Source: Pseudoalteromonas tetraodonis (GTDB lineage: Bacteria; Pseudomonadota; Gammaproteobacteria; Enterobacterales; Alteromonadaceae). Taken from it: 32,000 bases of DNA. The position numbers and the translations under genes are program-made. The DNA lies in the NCBI RefSeq assembly GCF_002310835.1, contig NZ_CP011041.1, positions 2,850,001 to 2,882,000 on the forward strand, in the 5' to 3' direction. This document shows, piece by piece, positions 27,631-32,000 of this stretch. Numbering within the stretch: position 1 is the first letter of the stretch; each line of letters starts with the position of its first letter. The notes under the pieces are model-generated. The model saw only the letters and a list, made by a program, of their open reading frames with translations. It was not told the origin of the DNA and searched no databases.

Positions 27631-29012
27631 ATGGGAGGTAATTTCGACCATTTATCAATAAAAGCTAGGTCGAGTTTCCACTCTTCAGGTAAATTAATTT
27701 CGTCAAATTCGACTTCTGAATTTTCAAGATCCGCTAATACTTTTGGATATCCGTTTTCCTTATCAATTAATTCATAAAGCTTGTTGGTAGCCTGAGTGCC
27801 TAAGCACCTCTCAAAAATTACCAGCTTAGTGATAGTTTTTTCATCAAGCTGCATTCCTCTGCGATGAGCGGTTTTCTTTCTCATCTTAACCTGATTGAGT
27901 AATCGCTTAACTATGCGAGGGTTGCCGTTAATGTTTGTGGATTCAGCTAATAGTGGAGCTAACTGTTCAGCAACCACAAATTTACTTCTGAGTTCGGAAT
28001 GCTTTTCAATCTCGTGATCTTGAAGTAGCTCGTCAACGGTAATTTGTGGTTGTTTCCACGACAGCCTTAATGACTCTTCAAGGGCACATCTTATCGTTTC
28101 TAATTGCGCATCGGTAACGCCGTGATCTTGAGCAGTAAGCATCATTAAATATGCCCTTATCTCCAGAACGCCGGGTCTTGGTACATGCACAGGAATTTGA
28201 ATAAGCTTGTCTAAATAATCAGTTTGATGTCGTTGAGATGCACCTTTGTGATACTCAGGCACTGCCAAGCGGATCATGTCCTCATCGGCGGCAATAACAA
28301 ATGCAGTATTGGGTAAAAATAGAAATAACCTGATCGCCTCAAGGGTCGAAATAGCATTAAATGGAGAGCAGCGATCTAAATTATCGACATAGACAATAAG
28401 TGGCTTATCAAACTCCTTTAACAGATCAGAATATGCTTTTCGGAATTCTTTAATTTCTTTAGGTGGTGAAAATGATTTATTATCTTTGATCAAACCTTTG
28501 TTTTTCTTCGCGACATCCTTAGCGCCATCGACAGCACCTTTTACATCATCAACATCCAGTTCACCATCGTCACCACCACTGAATAGTCCCATGATCTTCT
28601 GTATACCACCCATAGTTGGTATACCAGCTAATGCTGCACCACCATCCATTAGCAATCCCATCAGTCTGATCTTATCTATTCGTCCAGCAAACTCTTTTGC
28701 TTTTGCACTGAGATTTTTATCGTCTGCTGCTTTTTTAACTAAAGTAGATGCAATTGTTTCTAGTAACGCCGCTTTAGCGTCATCATACCCTTGGAAAGTC
28801 CATGCATCGAAATGTACTTGGATATATTCTTGTTCATCACTTTCCAGAGAAGCCTTAGTAAGTTCAAGAATCGTCGATTTTCCAGCGCCCCAATCACCAA
28901 AAACGCCTATACTAATAGGCATTAACTCCTTTTCTGTTATAAGATCTTTTATTGACTCAGCCGTTTCATTAAAATTTAAGAAATCAATTTTTGATTCTTT
29001 ATCAGACCACAT
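27615..29012 (-). pseudogene. qatA: qatA 5' fragment: KAP-family P-loop NTPase. The native part is 27631-29012; the last 5 codons and the stop come from the IS end.
   Basis: Walker A GVFGDWGAGKST, FDAW, an inserted hydrophobic segment LMGLLMDGGAALAGIPTMGGIQKIMGLF, and Walker B LIVYVDNLDRC. The frame ends ...KLPP+IVVVQ*, reading into the IS inverted repeat. Confidence 0.8.
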
Positions 29013-29030
29013 AACGTCTCCTTTTATTTA

Positions 29031-29276
29031 TTATTTCTTTTGTTCCATTCTTTCAATAATTCGGTGAACCGTGGGGCGGCTAACAGAATATTTCTTCGCT
29101 AATGCAGAGATCGATTCACCATTTAATTTATCTTTATATAATTCTTTCGCTTGTTTGTCTGATAAAGCAGGCAATCTGCCCATGTGTTTGCCTTTAGCTT
29201 TAGCCTCTTCACGACCTTCTGTGGTTCTGGCTTTTATAAGATCCCGCTCAAGTTGAGCGAATATGTGGCTACGCAT
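29031..29276 (-). pseudogene. Serine recombinase (resolvase/invertase) C-terminal fragment; catalytic N-domain missing
   Basis: FAQLERDLIKARTTEGREEAKAKGKHMGR plus the HTH ISALAKKYSVSRPTVHRII form the E-helix and HTH_7 part only. There is an in-frame stop 6 codons upstream of the ATG. A different frame just upstream reads DEDFLVLTQSGLMRNNLKH, possibly a decayed LVV.KLDRL.R block. Confidence 0.65.
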
Positions 29277-29725
29277 AATGTTTGAGATTATTTCTCATCA
29301 AGCCAGATTGGGTGAGTACTAGGAAATCTTCGTCAGATTTGAGCCTGAAGCAGTCGTAAACGATGGTACAAAATTACTTCAGCTAAAATTCACTTTGATA
29401 CGAAACCGGACATTAGGCTTAGCGTATCTCATGACAAGTGTTCCAACAATATAGTCGTTGCTCTTACTTTTAAATTTAAATCTTGTTTTAGATCCTCTGT
29501 ACAATTAGTAACACACCAACGCGACTTTAATGTGGAATTAGGATCATCGGTTAATTTATTCTATCTAGATAGCTCTTCTATTTTTTATCTTTGATAAACA
29601 TCGGTATAAAACGGGCAGTCCAAATAATGTTAGCAGTGTTTGCTGTCACTACCCCCCAACAATTATTTTCTTGGAATAGCTATTTGAGTTACTTCCCAAT
29701 CTTTTCAAATTAAATAACTTTTTAT

Positions 29726-29756
29726 TTGACTCTATAGCCACTATAGATTTTATACT
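29726..29756 (+). promoter_or_regulatory. MerR-family (CadR/ZntR-type) operator/promoter upstream of the CDF gene
   Basis: TTGACT (29726-29731), a 19-nt spacer holding the dyad TCTATAG-cca-CTATAGA, then TATACT (29751-29756). Confidence 0.65.
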
Positions 29757-29776
29757 TATTTTAATATTGTTTCGGA

Positions 29777-30685
29777 ATGTTAAATATGTCAGAAAAATGT
29801 AGTGGTCAGTGTCAATCATCTCCTACCAACGAAGACGTAAAAATTGATACACAATTAGATAACTATAGTGGCGCGTTTGTCAGTACATATAAAGTGCCTC
29901 AAATGGACTGTCCTTCAGAAGAGAGATTGATCAGATTAGCACTTGACTCAATTCAGCCTTCAGTTGGATTGCAGTTTGATATTCCTAATCGCTTAGTCAA
30001 AGTTTTTCATGATGAAAATTTAGATGAGATAACAAAAAAGTTACAACAACTTAAACTCGGTGCAGAGTTAGAGTCAACTAAACAAAGTTGCAGTACAGAA
30101 GCTGCAAAAGCAAAAGACTTAGCCCAAAAAAATGAGATGAAAGAAGCATCAACCCTAAAATGGTTGTTAGCCATTAATGGAGTCATGTTTTTTATAGAAG
30201 TAATTGCTGGGATTATTGCACAGTCTGCTGGCCTAATTGCAGACTCATTAGATATGTTTGCTGATGCTGCTGTGTATGGTTTAGCTATTTATGCCGTAGG
30301 TAAAAGTATTAGCATGAAACTTAGAGCAGCACATATATCTGGTGTGCTTCAAGTTATTCTAGCGCTAGGTGCTTTGAGCGAAGTCGTAAGACGCTTTGTT
30401 TACGGTAGTGAACCGATCTCTTCTTTAATGATGATATTTGGTGGAATAGCACTAATCGCTAACGTTGCTTGTCTGTTTTTGATATTTGGCAACAAAGAAG
30501 ACGGCGCTCATATGAAAGCGAGTTGGATTTTTTCCGCAAATGACGTTATCGCAAACGTTGGTGTAATTTTAGCTGGCTTATTAGTTACAGCAACAAGCAG
30601 TCGTTATCCAGATTTAGTGATTGGTTTGATAATTGCTCTTGTCGTTTTAAACGGTGCTCGCCGCATCTTACAGCTAAAGTATTAA
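29777..30685 (+). CDS. Cation diffusion facilitator (CzcD-like) divalent-metal exporter with an N-terminal soluble extension
   Basis: Six TM segments from ~residue 125. TM2 carries SAGLIADSLDMFADAAVYG and TM5 carries SWIFSANDVIANVG. The N-terminal ~120 aa contain VPQMDCPSEERLIRLAL. The protein ends right after TM6. Alternative start ATG 29786. Confidence 0.7.
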   Translation: MLNMSEKCSGQCQSSPTNEDVKIDTQLDNYSGAFVSTYKVPQMDCPSEERLIRLALDSIQPSVGLQFDIPNRLVKVFHDENLDEITKKLQQLKLGAELESTKQSCSTEAAKAKDLAQKNEMKEASTLKWLLAINGVMFFIEVIAGIIAQSAGLIADSLDMFADAAVYGLAIYAVGKSISMKLRAAHISGVLQVILALGALSEVVRRFVYGSEPISSLMMIFGGIALIANVACLFLIFGNKEDGAHMKASWIFSANDVIANVGVILAGLLVTATSSRYPDLVIGLIIALVVLNGARRILQLKY

Positions 30686-30693
30686 GCAGAGAA

Positions 30694-31065
30694 ATGAAAA
30701 TAATGCACTCATCGTATATCAAATCAAATATATCATACGTGATAATGATTTTAATCGCGGTGCAGTCTGTGTTTTTTTCGCTAGAAGAGCTTGAAATAAA
30801 CTTAAGTGAAAGTTCTTTTAGTTCATCACTAACTAAGTCTATTACCCCGCTAAAAGCTCCAGAAGACTCCAATATGCTTGAGGTGAATAATAGCAACTCT
30901 TCAATTGATAATTGTAATTTTTGTTGCTGTTGTCACTTATTTTTAAATGCTGATTCTTCCTGTAACATTTTCCAAGCAATAGAATATTTCCTTACCTACG
31001 CCTTAGTTTCTCCTGAGCTAAAAGGCTATATCTCGGTGCCATTCCGCCCACCTAAATACGCCTAA
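30694..31065 (+). CDS. Small membrane-anchored Cys/His-cluster protein (DUF2946/CzcI-like position)
   Basis: N-terminal TM YVIMILIAVQSVFF, cluster NCNFCCCCHLF, C-terminal ...VPFRPPKYA. It sits between the CDF gene and the outer-membrane factor gene. Confidence 0.5.
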   Translation: MKIMHSSYIKSNISYVIMILIAVQSVFFSLEELEINLSESSFSSSLTKSITPLKAPEDSNMLEVNNSNSSIDNCNFCCCCHLFLNADSSCNIFQAIEYFLTYALVSPELKGYISVPFRPPKYA

Positions 31066-31137
31066 ATTTTATAGAAAATTATGAAAGGTCAAATGTTAAT
31101 GACCGAAAAAAACATATAAATTTATAGGAAAGTATAC

Positions 31138-32000
31138 ATGGCACTTAATACCTGTGTGCATCGCAAGATAGCAATTTTGAGGTGTGTAACACCTCGGCTT
31201 AAATATATCGCGTTTCTCGCGTTGTCACTTTTTACATTTAATGTTTATGCCTTTGAAAAGCAGTTAAATCTTCAAGAGGCAATTCAGTGGACGCTTAAAC
31301 AAAATCCTGAACTCAAAATATTTGATTTCAAACAAACCGCATTAACAGGACAAGAACAAACAGCAAGTTTAAATCCTGCTTATGAACTAGAAGTTGAAGC
31401 TGAGAACTTTGCAGGCTCAGGTGAATTTAATGCATTCGACAGTGCTGAATTAACAGTCGCTCTATCTTCGGTTATCGAAATGGGAGATAAACGCTCAGCG
31501 CGGATTGGACTTGTTTCAAAATCAAGAGCACAACTCAATGCTGAGAAAGAAGTCTCTGCGCTTAATTTAATGGCTCAAGTCACTGAGAAGTACGTGGAAG
31601 TACTTGCAGCCCAACAAAGAGTTATATTGGCAGAAAATGCTTTGAGCTTAGCACAAGAAACGTTAGAGATTGTATCTCAGCGTAACCGCGCAGGTGCTAC
31701 TCCTGAGGCTGAAGTGAAACGCTCAAAAGCAGTTATTGCTCAGGCTAACCTCACCCTTCAATCTGAACAAAAGCGCTTGGAATATTTGAAGCTCTCATTA
31801 GCAGCCTACTGGGGGGAAAACTCTGTAACCTTCTCTGAAGTACAAGGGGATCTTTTTCAGTTTGGCAATGATAGTGACTTTAACAGCCTTTTTGCGAAGT
31901 TAGAGAAGAACCCTGCTATTCAAATCTATGCAAGTGAACAGCGACTAAAAGAGGCTGAAATACAGTTAGCTAAAACAGAGTCAACGGCCAATATCAAATG
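31138..32000 (+). CDS. TolC-family outer-membrane efflux protein (CzcC-like), 5' part; continues beyond the window
   Basis: My translation from ATG 31138 reads MALNTCVHRKIAILRCVTPRLKYIAFLALSLFTFNVYAFEKQLNLQEAIQWTLKQNPELKIFDF...AEVKRSKAVIAQANLTLQSEQKRLEYLKLSLAAYWG... This is the typical OEP repeat style. It is missing from the track because it is open at the window end. Confidence 0.75.
   Translation, partial: MALNTCVHRKIAILRCVTPRLKYIAFLALSLFTFNVYAFEKQLNLQEAIQWTLKQNPELKIFDFKQTALTGQEQTASLNPAYELEVEAENFAGSGEFNAFDSAELTVALSSVIEMGDKRSARIGLVSKSRAQLNAEKEVSALNLMAQVTEKYVEVLAAQQRVILAENALSLAQETLEIVSQRNRAGATPEAEVKRSKAVIAQANLTLQSEQKRLEYLKLSLAAYWGENSVTFSEVQGDLFQFGNDSDFNSLFAKLEKNPAIQIYASEQRLKEAEIQLAKTESTANIK

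Noticed and set aside
28486-29067. 193-aa plus-strand ORF, Ser/Pro/Ala-rich
   Set aside because: It is a mirror of the qatA coding strand. The KAP NTPase motifs are on the minus strand.
29071-29256. 61-aa plus-strand ORF
   Set aside because: It is antisense to the resolvase fragment.
30585-30896. 103-aa minus-strand ORF
   Set aside because: It is antisense across the CDF/CCCCH gene junction, and the plus-strand genes form a coherent operon.

Overview
This is AT-rich gammaproteobacterial DNA; a marine Pseudoalteromonas/Shewanella-like origin is my inference from composition and protein style only. All family calls come from motifs I read in the translations, with no database search.

The window has two parts.

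(1) 1 to ~14.0 kb looks like ordinary chromosome:
- A very large beta-propeller/PAS/GGDEF/EAL c-di-GMP protein that runs off the left edge.
- A small GNAT acetyltransferase, a solute-binding-like protein and a DUF1289-like Cys protein.
- A PlsC-type acyltransferase, a D-2-hydroxyacid dehydrogenase and a lipoprotein.
- An overlapping hybrid histidine kinase and receiver-GGDEF pair.

(2) At ~14.29 kb a phoH-like ATPase gene is cut off just upstream of its Walker-B DE(S/A)QN motif. From there to the right edge everything looks like a genomic island:
- It opens with a translationally coupled operon of three large tyrosine recombinases plus a small coiled-coil protein (GInt ginABCD-like, Tn554 tnpABC-related).
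- The cargo begins with a minimal merR-merC-GDCCVxC cassette with a near-canonical MerR operator, followed by mntP.
- Next comes a QatABCD anti-phage system. Its KAP-ATPase gene qatA is split by a 1266-bp IS911-like IS3-family element with a 3-bp ATG target duplication.
- After that come a serine-recombinase remnant and a CDF metal exporter behind an orphan CadR/ZntR-type promoter.
- The window ends with a small CCCCH protein and the start of a TolC/CzcC-like outer-membrane factor.

I saw no rRNA, tRNA or CRISPR array. The right end of the island lies outside the window.
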